From the IMG/VR virus record IMGVR_UViG_3300046007_003718, positions 46,396 to 110,395 of that record: a stretch of DNA of 64,000 bases; one strand, written 5' to 3'. The DNA comes from a virus. Made by a program: the position numbers and the translations under genes. A model generated the notes under the pieces. It made no database searches. It saw nothing but the letters and a program-made list of their open reading frames with translations, and had not been told where the DNA came from. Positions 37,804 to 48,294 of the stretch are shown here, one piece after another (positions within the stretch are counted from its first letter, which is position 1; every line of letters begins with the position of its first letter).

Positions 37804-38566
37804 TATTACTCTCTTCCTTGTTTACAAACTTCTGATGCTGCTTCTGCCACAACTCTGGATTGCCAAAGTATGTGTCATAGCGCTCCTTAGATCCAAGATT
37901 CTCTAGAACTTCATGAATCGTCGGGATCTTCATATTAGAATAATCAACGTCGGCTGCCTTATCTACTTCATAGCCGTGATAGATCGTTGACTGGTCATTT
38001 CCTTCACGGATGATCTTCCAAGGATTTGCGGTAATTGGTCCGATCTGGTCATTGTGACTGGCAAACTGCTGCCAGAAGTTCTGTGCAGCCTGAAAAACTA
38101 CAACGACCTCTGGATAGAAAATAGTTGTCCCATCCTTGGTGGTGTACTCATTACCCTTAACCTCAAATGAGGAGATATCTGAGATACGATTAGTCTTTGC
38201 AGATGAATCAAAGACCGGCTCTAGACCTACCGCTACAGCGGCAAAGTTTTCCTTCGGAACGTGGCCGAGTTCATCACAAATAACGCACTTACCGTCTGCA
38301 TCGTCCCAAGCGTCCATCTTGCGACAAGCAAAATCGCGGTATCCCTTACCGATACTACCATCATCCTTCTCCCATGCAACCTGAACAAAACGATGCAGGG
38401 TAACGAGGGGTACATCCTCAATATCAGTAAAGAACTGGATATACGATTCCTGACCATCCTTCAAAGAAAAGAATGGCATAAAGTCAGTTGGCTTAGAACG
38501 AGCGGTTCCTCCCCCACCCTGACTTTTCTGCTTAATTAGATTACTTCCACCCTTAAATGTCGGCAT
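37700..38566 (-). CDS. single-stranded DNA-binding protein (gp32-like)
   Basis: FFSLKDG...H...C...CVIC; acidic tail; within the replication cluster. Confidence 0.7.
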   Translation of the reverse strand: MPTFKGGSNLIKQKSQGGGGTARSKPTDFMPFFSLKDGQESYIQFFTDIEDVPLVTLHRFVQVAWEKDDGSIGKGYRDFACRKMDAWDDADGKCVICDELGHVPKENFAAVAVGLEPVFDSSAKTNRISDISSFEVKGNEYTTKDGTTIFYPEVVVVFQAAQNFWQQFASHNDQIGPITANPWKIIREGNDQSTIYHGYEVDKAADVDYSNMKIPTIHEVLENLGSKERYDTYFGNPELWQKQHQKFVNKEESNSGTEVPRRRAEDSEAEEDAETAFQRIKRQAAGQS

Positions 38567-38779
38567 TATGTCTCACCTTTCTTCGTGTTAATGACTTGCC
38601 TTTATAGGTTTACTATAGCATATGAGATTATTTGTTTTTATTTAGTTCTTGGTTAAGTTCTTCTCTTTCTTCTTTAGTCAACTGATCATACACAACCTTA
38701 CCAACACGCTTAAAGTAATTTTGTACAACTTCAGTTTCGACTTCAATAGATTCAGAACTAGTAAATTTTGTAAAAGCCA

Positions 38780-39754
38780 CTATTTCCTCCAATGGATATA
38801 GTATTGCGCTCTATTAAGATAACTCTCCCATTCCTCAAAAGGAACGTCGGCGGGATCACCCTTTGGAACGCTTACAGGGGGAACAATGTAAACTTCACAA
38901 TGATCCTTCAATAAATTAAGGGCCGTGCGAGTCGCTTTTGCTCCTGCCTCATCGTTGTCAAACCATAGAAAAACGTTTTCATATCTCCACAACATTCTCA
39001 TCTGATCTTGATTGATAGAGGCCCCAAAAGTGGCAACGACATTGCGGTATCCTACTCCCCACATAATTGCTGCCGTTTTGGGAGATTCAACAACAATTAC
39101 ATAATTTGAATCATCGTGGCATTCACAATCTCCATGATATAACGTTTCACTTTTGGGGAAATCTGGAGTATTAAGGTATTTAGCCTTCTTCTCTCCTGTC
39201 AAGTCTCGGATTTGCCACCCGACTGCCTTGCCCGCAACAAAGTGGGGAAATATAATCCCCTCTCTGTTTTGATCATAAGAGATTCTAAAATGTTCTATTG
39301 CTTCGTCGTTAAGACCCTGTTTGTACATCCACGGATGCTTGTTTGGAATGCTAGATATTTCATAGTTTGGAAATTCTTTTTCGACTAAAGATACTGGGAT
39401 AGGTTCTGAATCATCAACCATCTTAAGGAATTCTTCCTTATTCCACTCATCATCAATATCGTTTAAATATTTATCTTCTATCCATCGCTCGGCTTCTTCA
39501 TAAGAATCAAAACCTTTTATTTGATGAACAAAGTTAACCACATTTCCACCACCACAAGCAAAGCAATGGTAAAGACCATATTTCAAAGAGGTGGGATTTA
39601 CATTAATGCTAAAACTTGGGTTTTTATCATTATGGAATGGGCAAGGACACCACAACTCGCCGCGTGAATCCTCAAAGAATTCCGCGTCGTGGGTGTCCTT
39701 AACAATTTGTTCTATCGGAAGTTTATTCCGACGCTCTTGAAACAATCGGCCCAT
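38780..39754 (-). CDS. dnaG: DNA primase
   Basis: CPFH...CFAC zinc finger; TOPRIM VES...FDND.AG. Confidence 0.92.
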   Translation of the reverse strand: MGRLFQERRNKLPIEQIVKDTHDAEFFEDSRGELWCPCPFHNDKNPSFSINVNPTSLKYGLYHCFACGGGNVVNFVHQIKGFDSYEEAERWIEDKYLNDIDDEWNKEEFLKMVDDSEPIPVSLVEKEFPNYEISSIPNKHPWMYKQGLNDEAIEHFRISYDQNREGIIFPHFVAGKAVGWQIRDLTGEKKAKYLNTPDFPKSETLYHGDCECHDDSNYVIVVESPKTAAIMWGVGYRNVVATFGASINQDQMRMLWRYENVFLWFDNDEAGAKATRTALNLLKDHCEVYIVPPVSVPKGDPADVPFEEWESYLNRAQYYIHWRK

Positions 39755-40958
39755 TGAATGTGAACTGTGTCTTATTTTGTAGGTTTACTTTGATTCCCCA
39801 AGTAGCGTTACTCTTACAATAACGGCCTTCTAGAATCCTCATCCTGACAATGTTTAGGTCTGCCTCATCTTCATTTCTGTGAAGAGCAACAAGGAGGTCA
39901 GCGGTCTCCTCAATTGAGCGAGATAGGCCAATCTTATCTGCTCCAGCCAGATCCTCCAACTGAGCAGCCTCTCGGTTAAACTGACAAACGCAAATATAAG
40001 GAATTTCCTGCTTGGTTGCTGCAACTTTCAAAGCGTGAACAATAGACTTTGTGTTTTCATCAGAACGACCAACATTCTTCTCGGGATGAATGAACGAAAG
40101 TTGATCAACCAAAACAACATTAGCATTAACCTTCTCGGACTCAAGGACAAAACTAGAAACCTTACGATCCTCAAATCCGGGATGGATAATGTATGCGGGA
40201 CCAAGAGCGTTAAACTCAGACATAGCACCTTCAATCTGCTTCCATTCTGACGGCATTAGAGAATTTTTAACCATCCGGGTGTAACTCACCCCACTGACCA
40301 GACACATAAGGCGCTTATACATATCCTTTTCTGTAAGTTCTAGGGTGAACAAAACCGGAATGAGGCCCTGACGGCGCTGCTCAACAAAAGCGTTGAGAAG
40401 GAACCATGACTTGAAGCGCTTTGGGCGTGCAACAAAAAAAGTCAAGTGCCCCGGTCCCGCACCGCCAGTGTGTTCATCAACATCCGGGAAGCCATAAGTA
40501 GCACCCTGCTCATTCTTCTCTGCATAAATCTTAAATTCTTCAATAAGTTCCTTGTAGTCTTCGGAAGCAAGAATATGCTTCTTGCTGCTTACCTGAGACC
40601 AAACTTCGTGTGCGCGAGAAATTAGCGCATCAACAAAATCATTGGGATCTTTAGTGTCAGCAAGTTCCTCAATAATCTCCTTATGCTTAGAGCGCACATA
40701 GCGCATCTTAAGTTTATCGGCAAGAAAATGAGGATCAACCGTTGGTCCAGTTCGAACAATTTCCCATTCGCTATTAATGGTAGTCTCGTTCGGAGGCTTA
40801 CCGTAGTCATGGAGATAGTCAAAGATAAACTGCACAAGTGGGCGCAGTTTTGAATCCTTAATCATGTTAGGGCCAACACCAGCGGCCTTGAGTTCGACTA
40901 GATTTTCAGGTACGAGAGCCTGCTGAACAAATTCATTATCAAGATCAAGTACACTCAT
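39723..40958 (-). CDS. dnaB: DnaB-like replicative helicase
   Basis: ARPKRFKS, FTLEL, VDQL, QFNR, SRSIEETAD. Confidence 0.85.
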   Translation of the reverse strand: MSVLDLDNEFVQQALVPENLVELKAAGVGPNMIKDSKLRPLVQFIFDYLHDYGKPPNETTINSEWEIVRTGPTVDPHFLADKLKMRYVRSKHKEIIEELADTKDPNDFVDALISRAHEVWSQVSSKKHILASEDYKELIEEFKIYAEKNEQGATYGFPDVDEHTGGAGPGHLTFFVARPKRFKSWFLLNAFVEQRRQGLIPVLFTLELTEKDMYKRLMCLVSGVSYTRMVKNSLMPSEWKQIEGAMSEFNALGPAYIIHPGFEDRKVSSFVLESEKVNANVVLVDQLSFIHPEKNVGRSDENTKSIVHALKVAATKQEIPYICVCQFNREAAQLEDLAGADKIGLSRSIEETADLLVALHRNEDEADLNIVRMRILEGRYCKSNATWGIKVNLQNKTQFTFNGPIVSRASE

Positions 40959-41731
40959 TTGATTGGTCGGACTTCCTTGTTAGAAATTAGCATGTTAACA
41001 ACATCTTTTGCTGTAGACGCACGAACGTCTGTACCAGATACTAGCACAGGGATCTGCACCATGTTGAGAAGACTCCAAACTCTAGGATAAAGTTTTTCAT
41101 GTTCTTCTGAAGATAGGTTTGTACCAATTAGGGTCGGTAGGCTGTTCTCCACGCGGTATCGGATAACCGCTTCATAAACATCAGAAAAGAATTCGTGTTG
41201 GCGAACAGACATAGGCTCAATAACCTCATCAAGAGCAAAAATTTCAGCCGACCGGACGGCTTCCATAAGCGCAACCTTATTCTCGCCATTGCTATACCTA
41301 TCAACAACACTAGTGAATGACTCAAACCACGCCTTATATCCTTGCTTAACAAGTTCTTTTAAGATCAAAATTTGAGCAAAGGTCTTGCCTGTTCCAAGAG
41401 GTCCAAAGAACGTGAGGCCACGGCCATAGCGAGAATTGAAATCGAAATTATTTATATAATCCTCTAGAAAAATTCTGAGTTCATCTTTCTCTTCATAAAG
41501 ATCATCAAAAGACAGGGAATGATACCTGATGCCAATATTTGCATATAGATAGTGTCTGCGAAGCCCCTTTTGGATATCGCAGTCACATTCATTCTCATTG
41601 CCTTCAAAGAAATAAAGGCCAGTGTCATTGCAAGTTGGGCAAAGATTTGCCTTTGCTCTTAATGTTGGAAATCTCTTCCAGAGAGTTTCATATTCTGTGC
41701 TTGGGATGCTTCTCCAAATAATCTTACTCAA
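40955..41731 (-). CDS. DnaC/IstB-like helicase loader
   Basis: CPTC...CDC; GPLGTGKT; LDEV; PTLIGTN. Confidence 0.85.
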   Translation of the reverse strand: MSKIIWRSIPSTEYETLWKRFPTLRAKANLCPTCNDTGLYFFEGNENECDCDIQKGLRRHYLYANIGIRYHSLSFDDLYEEKDELRIFLEDYINNFDFNSRYGRGLTFFGPLGTGKTFAQILILKELVKQGYKAWFESFTSVVDRYSNGENKVALMEAVRSAEIFALDEVIEPMSVRQHEFFSDVYEAVIRYRVENSLPTLIGTNLSSEEHEKLYPRVWSLLNMVQIPVLVSGTDVRASTAKDVVNMLISNKEVRPIK

Positions 41732-42200
41732 CTCTGATTATCCTATCATTAATCTTTTGGTCAAAAAATACTTGTCGAATTGCCTTGTCTATTGCGGCAT
41801 TAATTTCGTCTTTGCCCTTGTATGGCAAGTAATATATCTCATCATACCACAGGGAGTCATTGATTACTTGATTCAGCAATGCGCTAGGCCATAAAAGTCT
41901 AACCATTCTCTCATCATCATCTCCCACAAAATTGGCCTTAAAAACAAAATGAGCCAAAGTGTAGAGGGAACTGGATGTAATTACATATCCTTCATCTTTG
42001 TATTTATATTCGTTTTCAAGAATATTTCCCATAAACATCATATCAACGCGATAGTCTGATATATGACCTAGTGCCAGTCCGGTCTTTTTTATGTATTTTT
42101 GGGGAAGATTGTCAAGAAGATTTAAGTTTTTATCTTTTGCTAGTGTTTTAGCAAATTTAGTTTTTCCAGACTTAGGAGCGCCTATTACACAGACCTTCAT
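41724..42200 (-). CDS. P-loop nucleotide kinase-like protein
   Basis: GAPKSGKT; YDEIYYLP. Confidence 0.6.
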   Translation of the reverse strand: MKVCVIGAPKSGKTKFAKTLAKDKNLNLLDNLPQKYIKKTGLALGHISDYRVDMMFMGNILENEYKYKDEGYVITSSSLYTLAHFVFKANFVGDDDERMVRLLWPSALLNQVINDSLWYDEIYYLPYKGKDEINAAIDKAIRQVFFDQKINDRIIRVE

Positions 42201-42715
42201 TATTCCTCCGTTGGTTTCGTAGCAACAAGAGCAACAGAAGGTCTGGTCATTTCTAAGACTTCTTCTATCACCCTTAGAAAATCAGGATCATTTTCTAATT
42301 TATTGTTTAATTTTTGTTCATCAATTTCTGGAACAAGGGTAATTATTTCTTGAAAATAAGAAGGGTAATTTTTTTGTAAAAGATCTGTATTGATAGTCGG
42401 TTTGCCGTGAGAAATCCTTCTATAAAATTGCGCCCCGTTTTCAAAAACAATTTTTTTTGGAACAAATGCTTCCTTTTCTTTAATTTTTGCTGTTCTTTGA
42501 TCTAACGAAACTAAATCAAAAGTTGGGTAACGCTGAGAAAGATATTCTCCGATATCTTCTATGTACTCAGGCACTTCAATAATTTTTATTTCTGGATCCC
42601 TTTCCGGTAAAAGTTCTGAATCCAACATATTCTTATATTTTTTAATGTCCGACTCTACTGAATCTTTAAGATCTTGTAATTCTCTAATTTTTTGATAAAT
42701 TTCTGTCGTATCCAT
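42200..42715 (-). CDS. hypothetical protein
   Basis: ORF track. Confidence 0.6.
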   Translation of the reverse strand: MDTTEIYQKIRELQDLKDSVESDIKKYKNMLDSELLPERDPEIKIIEVPEYIEDIGEYLSQRYPTFDLVSLDQRTAKIKEKEAFVPKKIVFENGAQFYRRISHGKPTINTDLLQKNYPSYFQEIITLVPEIDEQKLNNKLENDPDFLRVIEEVLEMTRPSVALVATKPTEE

Positions 42716-42884
42716 AATTTTTTCTCACTTCTTGTAAATGGGAACAGTCCCCACGAAAAGAAAACCCTCGGCAATCGCAAAAAGGATCACACAAGGGATA
42801 ACCAACCCCAGCAACTGTATATACTTTGCCACGGGGCGAAACTTTAGTTATTGAATTTGGAAAATCTTCTATTTTTTTATTCAC
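42684..42884 (-). CDS. SWIM zinc-finger protein
   Basis: CDCRGFSFRGDCSH. Confidence 0.65.
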   Translation of the reverse strand: MNKKIEDFPNSITKVSPRGKVYTVAGVGYPLCDPFCDCRGFSFRGDCSHLQEVRKNYGYDRNLSKN

Positions 42885-43269
42885 TTATAATTTCTGAAAG
42901 AGATTCTTCTGTTGTATATGAAATGTTGATGTGATTTAAAAATTCTTTAATCATATCAATCAATCTAAAACACACAATTTGTGCAAGTATATCATGCAGA
43001 GTGTGTTCTCCACCTTCTTGGAAAACAAGTGAGTCAAAAGAAAACTCTTTATTGAAATAAAAAATTTCTACTAAGTCAACCTCTCCAGATGCTTGAGCAT
43101 CTACTAGAGCAGCAACAGAAAGTTCAAGCATTGTGTCAAACTGAATAGGTATCGCAATATCGTCTTGTTTAATTAAATTTTCTAAAGTTATTAAAACTTT
43201 TTTAGAAAGTTTTATAAACGGATTGTCTTCTATTGTTGAGTTTTCTAGATCAGTCATATTTTTCTTCAT
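42877..43269 (-). CDS. hypothetical protein
   Basis: ORF track. Confidence 0.55.
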   Translation of the reverse strand: MKKNMTDLENSTIEDNPFIKLSKKVLITLENLIKQDDIAIPIQFDTMLELSVAALVDAQASGEVDLVEIFYFNKEFSFDSLVFQEGGEHTLHDILAQIVCFRLIDMIKEFLNHINISYTTEESLSEIISE

Positions 43270-43364
43270 CCAGTGACCAAAAATAATTTTCCATTGGGCA
43301 GTCTGCCCTATTACAGTCCTTTGGATCTATTTTACCACAAACCTTACAAGTAACAACATATTCA

Positions 43365-43658
43365 TCATTCATTTTCTTCTACCTTATGTCCGTATGCGAA
43401 ATTATCACACTCATTGCATAGCGTGATTAATTTTTTATTAAAATCTATGGCCCAATAGAGATCGTTATGTTTACAATCTCCTTGAATCTTTTCGGGCCAA
43501 ACTTTTTTAATATCTTTCCCCGTGAGGATCACTCTCCAGATATAAATAGGATTATCTGGGGAGTTTGTCTTCAACTTCATCAAACCATCCCCAACACAGG
43601 GTTGAAAAATTGGGGATTGTTCTTGCTCTAAATTCTCTTCTGGATCTAAGAAATCCAT
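43365..43658 (-). CDS. hypothetical protein
   Basis: ORF track. Confidence 0.55.
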   Translation of the reverse strand: MDFLDPEENLEQEQSPIFQPCVGDGLMKLKTNSPDNPIYIWRVILTGKDIKKVWPEKIQGDCKHNDLYWAIDFNKKLITLCNECDNFAYGHKVEENE

Positions 43659-43667
43659 AATTACCTT

Positions 43668-46600
43668 TTATAAAAACAAATCTTGATCTTCAGTGGGAAG
43701 TTGATATGAATCTTCTTCTATTGTAGCAGTTTGTTCAAAATTTGCAAGTTCTGGATAATGTGTGCCTTCTAGATTAAGACGATCTAAATTTCTAGCAATT
43801 CCCTGTTCATCAATTAACTCTCTCTGCTGTGAGGTTGACAGGTTTGCAGTTTTATTTATAGGCTTCCATTTGGCAGCACGGTTCCAATATTCAATTTCTT
43901 CTTTTGTTTTACCCTTTTGCCAAGGCTCGTCTTCTAGCCAATGTCCTCTTGTTGGATCATCTTCTTCTCTCATAAGTCTCATCGCCCTTTGTTGTATTTC
44001 CCAAGGAACTTCCAGTTTTTGATCTTCTTTATCTTCTTCGCCATAGACGTTATATCCAGATAAGGCTAATCCAGCCCCTTCCATAGCATTTGACCAAAAT
44101 TCTTTTAGATTGGTTCTTTCATCTTCACTCAATTCATCTTTATAGGCTGGGTGACTTAAGTGAATTAAATGTTTAGTTTGAGGATTATAAAGACCTCTGA
44201 CGGTATGATCGTTATAAAGATTTCCAATCGTCATTTGATCATTGGCTTTTGCTAATGATTTGTTTTTTAATGCTTGATCATAAAGAACGTCTAAATGACC
44301 ATTTCTATCGTTAGGAGAAACTTCTGTATGATATTCTCCTGTCTCTGGATTGTGAACAGAAATGATTGCATGGTATCCATCAATGTAATAAGCCTCTTTA
44401 TCTAAAGAAGAGGTCTTTATTGGTTCAAACTTATATTTAGAAGTTCTCATCTTATCTTCATCTAAAGTAACCTCTACTCCAGATCCGCTTAAGTGAATAT
44501 CTAATTTTTTAGGACCATTATTAATTACCCTGACAAAATCAGGAACGGGATACTCGGGGGAAGTCATCTTGTAGATCTTCCCCCTTTCTAATAAATTTCC
44601 CTTAGTATCCTTCCATGCGGCTACTTTTGCAGTTGTTGCAGAGGGAAGGCCTGCTGCTGCTGGATTTGCCCTCTGACCGGCTGGAGAGATTGGAGACTGG
44701 CTGTTGGGATGGGGTGCTTGTTGAGCATTTAACCATTTTTTAGCCATTTCTGGGGGTACATTAGGATACATTTGAGAAAGTTGTGCCATCTCTTGTTGCT
44801 GCTTTTCTAATTCTGTTAATTGTAAAGGATTTGGTGGCAATCCAACATTTTGTGGACTAGCATTCCATCCAGCATTAGACATACCAGCGCCGGTATTTGG
44901 CATAGCAGTATAGTCAGCACTTTTTTCACTAGATGAACTTTTTTGTTTGCTTCTTTCTTCAGCAATCCAGTCTTTGACTTTCTTTCGTTCTTTATCTATT
45001 AAAGAAATTCTTTCAATTGGAGCGCCTTCGCTTTGCATTTCTAAAATAAGATTAGTTAAACGCTCTTCTTCGGCCATAAGTCTTGACAACATAGAGGAGT
45101 CTTGAGCCCATTTTTCTTGTTGAGGAGTGATTAAATTAGAATCTGCTTGTTGGTTAATTTTTTCATCTTCATTTTGGCCAACATGCTCACCCTTGGCGGG
45201 GAATCCTGCTTCTTCTTGAACAATACCTCTTGCCCAATCAAGGAGTTCTTTAAATTCCCACTCACCTTCTTCTTCTAAGAAATCTTTTCCTAAAGAAGAA
45301 GGGTCTGTTGCAAATCCCATCTCTTTTCTATCAGAAACTACTTCTGGATGGTTTTCAGCAATCCAATTTCCAACTTCAATAAAATTTCTTTCTGAAAAGT
45401 TTGAAGTTTTCCACTCAACGCCCAAGTTTGCAACTGCTGGATCAACTAAAGGGTCGCTATTTGCCACCTTTTGAGCCTGATCAATTGCCCAAATTGTTCT
45501 TTCTAATCCAAACGCGGGAGAAAGTTCATTTACAATCTGCTCTTCGTGTGCGCCAGATTCAAGGTATTTAGCAACCTTTGCTAAAACTGGACGGTCTTCT
45601 TCTGCATAATCTTCAAATAAAGATTCTTCAGTTTGAGCAAAAATTGGTCTGATTTTCAATTCATCGTGGGAAGCCATCGCTCCGGGAATGAGGCCCTGTC
45701 CTTGTGGCATCTTCTGAGGAGTTCCAGCGCCCTCAATTGGCACCGGGCTTGGAGTTTCATCTTGATTAGCAATAGAAGCACTACCTTCTGCTGGATCTGT
45801 TACGTCTGGAAGTCCACTATTACCTTCTTCTGGAGCGATTCCAGCGGGGAGTGGGCTTGTCATAACGGCATTGTGGTAATCTGCTGGGATTGCGGTGAGA
45901 ATAGTCTGAAGTTCAGCAATGGTGCTGGCTTCGTGAGCATAACTAAAATAAACCCACCATTCTGCTCTATTCTCTGCTTCTCCAGAATCTGCCCAAGCCT
46001 TAAGAGCAGCGATAACTTGCGCTCTAAGAGTTTCAATGTCTTCATTTCTCTTTTTAGGTCCGGGGGATGTTGCAGATTGGAACATCAAGTTGTCTTCAAC
46101 ATGCTGATATGGCATTTCATAACGATTGTTTGCATAAGTAGGCTGAGGGCCTTTTAGATCCCAATCTGTAGTTTGTACCGGCGCTGCGCCTCCAACGGCT
46201 CCTCCACCGCCCCCACCACCGGGAATTAAACTAGCAATACCAAGGCCCTTAAGAGCCGAGCCTAAACCACCTTTTGCTGCTTGCAAACCTTTTTGAGCAA
46301 AAGGAAGAAGTCTACCGGCCATAGGAAGGACTCTTGATGCAAGCATTCCTCCCGCAGCAAGAAGTGGAGCAATGGCGGTTTTATTCTCTCCCATCCTAAA
46401 ACTGCTAATTCCATTTGTTTTGGGAGAGCCTAGAAGAGAAATAATTTCATGAGTTCCGGGAAGATCTTCTTCTCCTAATTCAGAATCTGAACAAGTGTGC
46501 AAAAAATCCATAAAGCATGAGTTAAAGTGGTCTAATTCAGAACAATCTTCGCCATTTTCTTCTTTGGCTCTTTTTTCGTGATTGTAATCTTGTAAATATT

Positions 46601-46742
46601 GTTGAATAAACGCCTCTGGGCGCTCTAGAGGATCCGGATATTCGTATGCCTCTGGGTCATAACCACTATCTGCGGGACTAACCATCTCTCCAATGGCTAG
46701 TTTTCTATCCAAACTGGACATTCTAAATGCGAAATCAGACAC
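43668..46742 (-). CDS. large multi-module virion protein
   Basis: 1024 aa; many K-x-A junctions; amphipathic Gly/Ala segment. Confidence 0.6.
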   Translation of the reverse strand: MSDFAFRMSSLDRKLAIGEMVSPADSGYDPEAYEYPDPLERPEAFIQQYLQDYNHEKRAKEENGEDCSELDHFNSCFMDFLHTCSDSELGEEDLPGTHEIISLLGSPKTNGISSFRMGENKTAIAPLLAAGGMLASRVLPMAGRLLPFAQKGLQAAKGGLGSALKGLGIASLIPGGGGGGGAVGGAAPVQTTDWDLKGPQPTYANNRYEMPYQHVEDNLMFQSATSPGPKKRNEDIETLRAQVIAALKAWADSGEAENRAEWWVYFSYAHEASTIAELQTILTAIPADYHNAVMTSPLPAGIAPEEGNSGLPDVTDPAEGSASIANQDETPSPVPIEGAGTPQKMPQGQGLIPGAMASHDELKIRPIFAQTEESLFEDYAEEDRPVLAKVAKYLESGAHEEQIVNELSPAFGLERTIWAIDQAQKVANSDPLVDPAVANLGVEWKTSNFSERNFIEVGNWIAENHPEVVSDRKEMGFATDPSSLGKDFLEEEGEWEFKELLDWARGIVQEEAGFPAKGEHVGQNEDEKINQQADSNLITPQQEKWAQDSSMLSRLMAEEERLTNLILEMQSEGAPIERISLIDKERKKVKDWIAEERSKQKSSSSEKSADYTAMPNTGAGMSNAGWNASPQNVGLPPNPLQLTELEKQQQEMAQLSQMYPNVPPEMAKKWLNAQQAPHPNSQSPISPAGQRANPAAAGLPSATTAKVAAWKDTKGNLLERGKIYKMTSPEYPVPDFVRVINNGPKKLDIHLSGSGVEVTLDEDKMRTSKYKFEPIKTSSLDKEAYYIDGYHAIISVHNPETGEYHTEVSPNDRNGHLDVLYDQALKNKSLAKANDQMTIGNLYNDHTVRGLYNPQTKHLIHLSHPAYKDELSEDERTNLKEFWSNAMEGAGLALSGYNVYGEEDKEDQKLEVPWEIQQRAMRLMREEDDPTRGHWLEDEPWQKGKTKEEIEYWNRAAKWKPINKTANLSTSQQRELIDEQGIARNLDRLNLEGTHYPELANFEQTATIEEDSYQLPTEDQDLFL

Positions 46743-46785
46743 TTTAACTCCTTGTTATGAAGATCTACCCTTTATTATCAGGAAA

Positions 46786-48213
46786 CTACAACAATACAGG
46801 TTCTGTACCACCTACAGAAATGCTAATTATGTCTCCCGTCGCGGTTCCATGTACGGTTGAGTTATCATTAATATTCAATACGAGGGGGGCGGCTTTACCA
46901 ATACCTGTTTTTTCTTTAAATGTAATCAATTGGAGGCCATTCAGGGCTATAGCACTAGTCAATTCACTAACAAAGAATTGATCGTCATCCTCTTTAAGAA
47001 TAGAAGCACTTGTAATTTCAGAAATTAAGAATAGATGATCTAATCTTGCATAATCAGCATCATAATATGGTATTTCTGTCAATATTCCTCTTTGAAGACC
47101 AATGAGAGATATTCTATTATCCGATTCTGTTAGATTTGCAGAATCTTTACTAGTAGCGTTTGCATTTATCCTTACAAAATCTGAAAGAATTGACACATCA
47201 GAAGCGATTGCTCCAATAATTTTGTTTTCTATTAAATTAATTGAATCTAAACTATTCAAAGAGTTTTGAACAATTTCTGTTAAGTGGCCTGAATCGGCTA
47301 CCGACACTGTGATAGTAATACTCTCTCCAAGTTGAATGTTTTCTACTCCAATTGGACTTGCTTCTAGCGTGCGGTTATCTTCAAAACTTAAAGAATCTAA
47401 AGCGCTATGATCTGTTGCAAGATTAAATGCTTCTTGATAAATAAATTGATCAGTAGATGATGCTGAAATCCCAAGAGAAGAAAGTGTATCGGTAATAAAT
47501 AGACTATCTTCCGCAATCAACGCAAGAGATATAAATTCTGATATGTCACCAGAGTCAACAACTGGGATAGATATATCAGGAGTATCTTCTGAGAGGATGG
47601 GATCATCTAAAGATGAAAGTGTAGTTTGAATAAATTGATAATCAAACTCATCGTTCCAATGCATGTGATCAAGACCGGGGCCATCTGCTATTATGAATCC
47701 ACTAAATTCTATAAAAGTCTGATCAAGATCAATTGATTGTACAAAAGTAGAAATGCTTTGCACAAGATCAGTTGCTGCAACTTCATCAGATTGTCTAAGT
47801 GCTATTGAATTTACAAAATCAGAAAGTGTTAATGAGTCTTCAATAAATATCTCAATTGTAGCAACATCTGCAAAAGAACTTGAGTCTTCAGAGACAAGAG
47901 ATATACTTATTTTGTCTGTAAAGTGAATAGTTTCATCAGGTACGGTAATAATAAATGTACCTATGAAATCCTGTATTGTGGCAGAATCAACACTATCAAA
48001 AGTAATAGAAAGGACCGTATCTGATGCTAAAGCAGAATCAGATAGGTCTAAGTTTACATCAAGCGTTACTTTTTCTGCAAAAGAGGCGGAATCAAAGGGC
48101 GGCTCAATTATAAATGAAGCAATTGATTCTGAAAAAGTTACAGAATCTGAAGACTGAACACTCTTGTAAGGAATAGTAATTGCATCATCAATAAATGTAA
48201 AATTAGTTGACAT
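46786..48213 (-). CDS. Asp/Ser/Ile repeat structural protein
   Basis: Degenerate D-S-x3-S-D repeats throughout. Confidence 0.6.
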   Translation of the reverse strand: MSTNFTFIDDAITIPYKSVQSSDSVTFSESIASFIIEPPFDSASFAEKVTLDVNLDLSDSALASDTVLSITFDSVDSATIQDFIGTFIITVPDETIHFTDKISISLVSEDSSSFADVATIEIFIEDSLTLSDFVNSIALRQSDEVAATDLVQSISTFVQSIDLDQTFIEFSGFIIADGPGLDHMHWNDEFDYQFIQTTLSSLDDPILSEDTPDISIPVVDSGDISEFISLALIAEDSLFITDTLSSLGISASSTDQFIYQEAFNLATDHSALDSLSFEDNRTLEASPIGVENIQLGESITITVSVADSGHLTEIVQNSLNSLDSINLIENKIIGAIASDVSILSDFVRINANATSKDSANLTESDNRISLIGLQRGILTEIPYYDADYARLDHLFLISEITSASILKEDDDQFFVSELTSAIALNGLQLITFKEKTGIGKAAPLVLNINDNSTVHGTATGDIISISVGGTEPVLL

Positions 48214-48241
48214 TAGATCACCTATCTATTATGTGCCGTAT

Positions 48242-48268
48242 AAACACAGAAACCCGCCGAAGCGGGTA
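48242..48268 (-). terminator. intrinsic terminator
   Basis: ACCCGC-TTCG-GCGGGT then TTCTGTGTTT. Confidence 0.7.
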
Positions 48269-48294
48269 ACTGATTTGTTTTAGGCTAATTTGCA

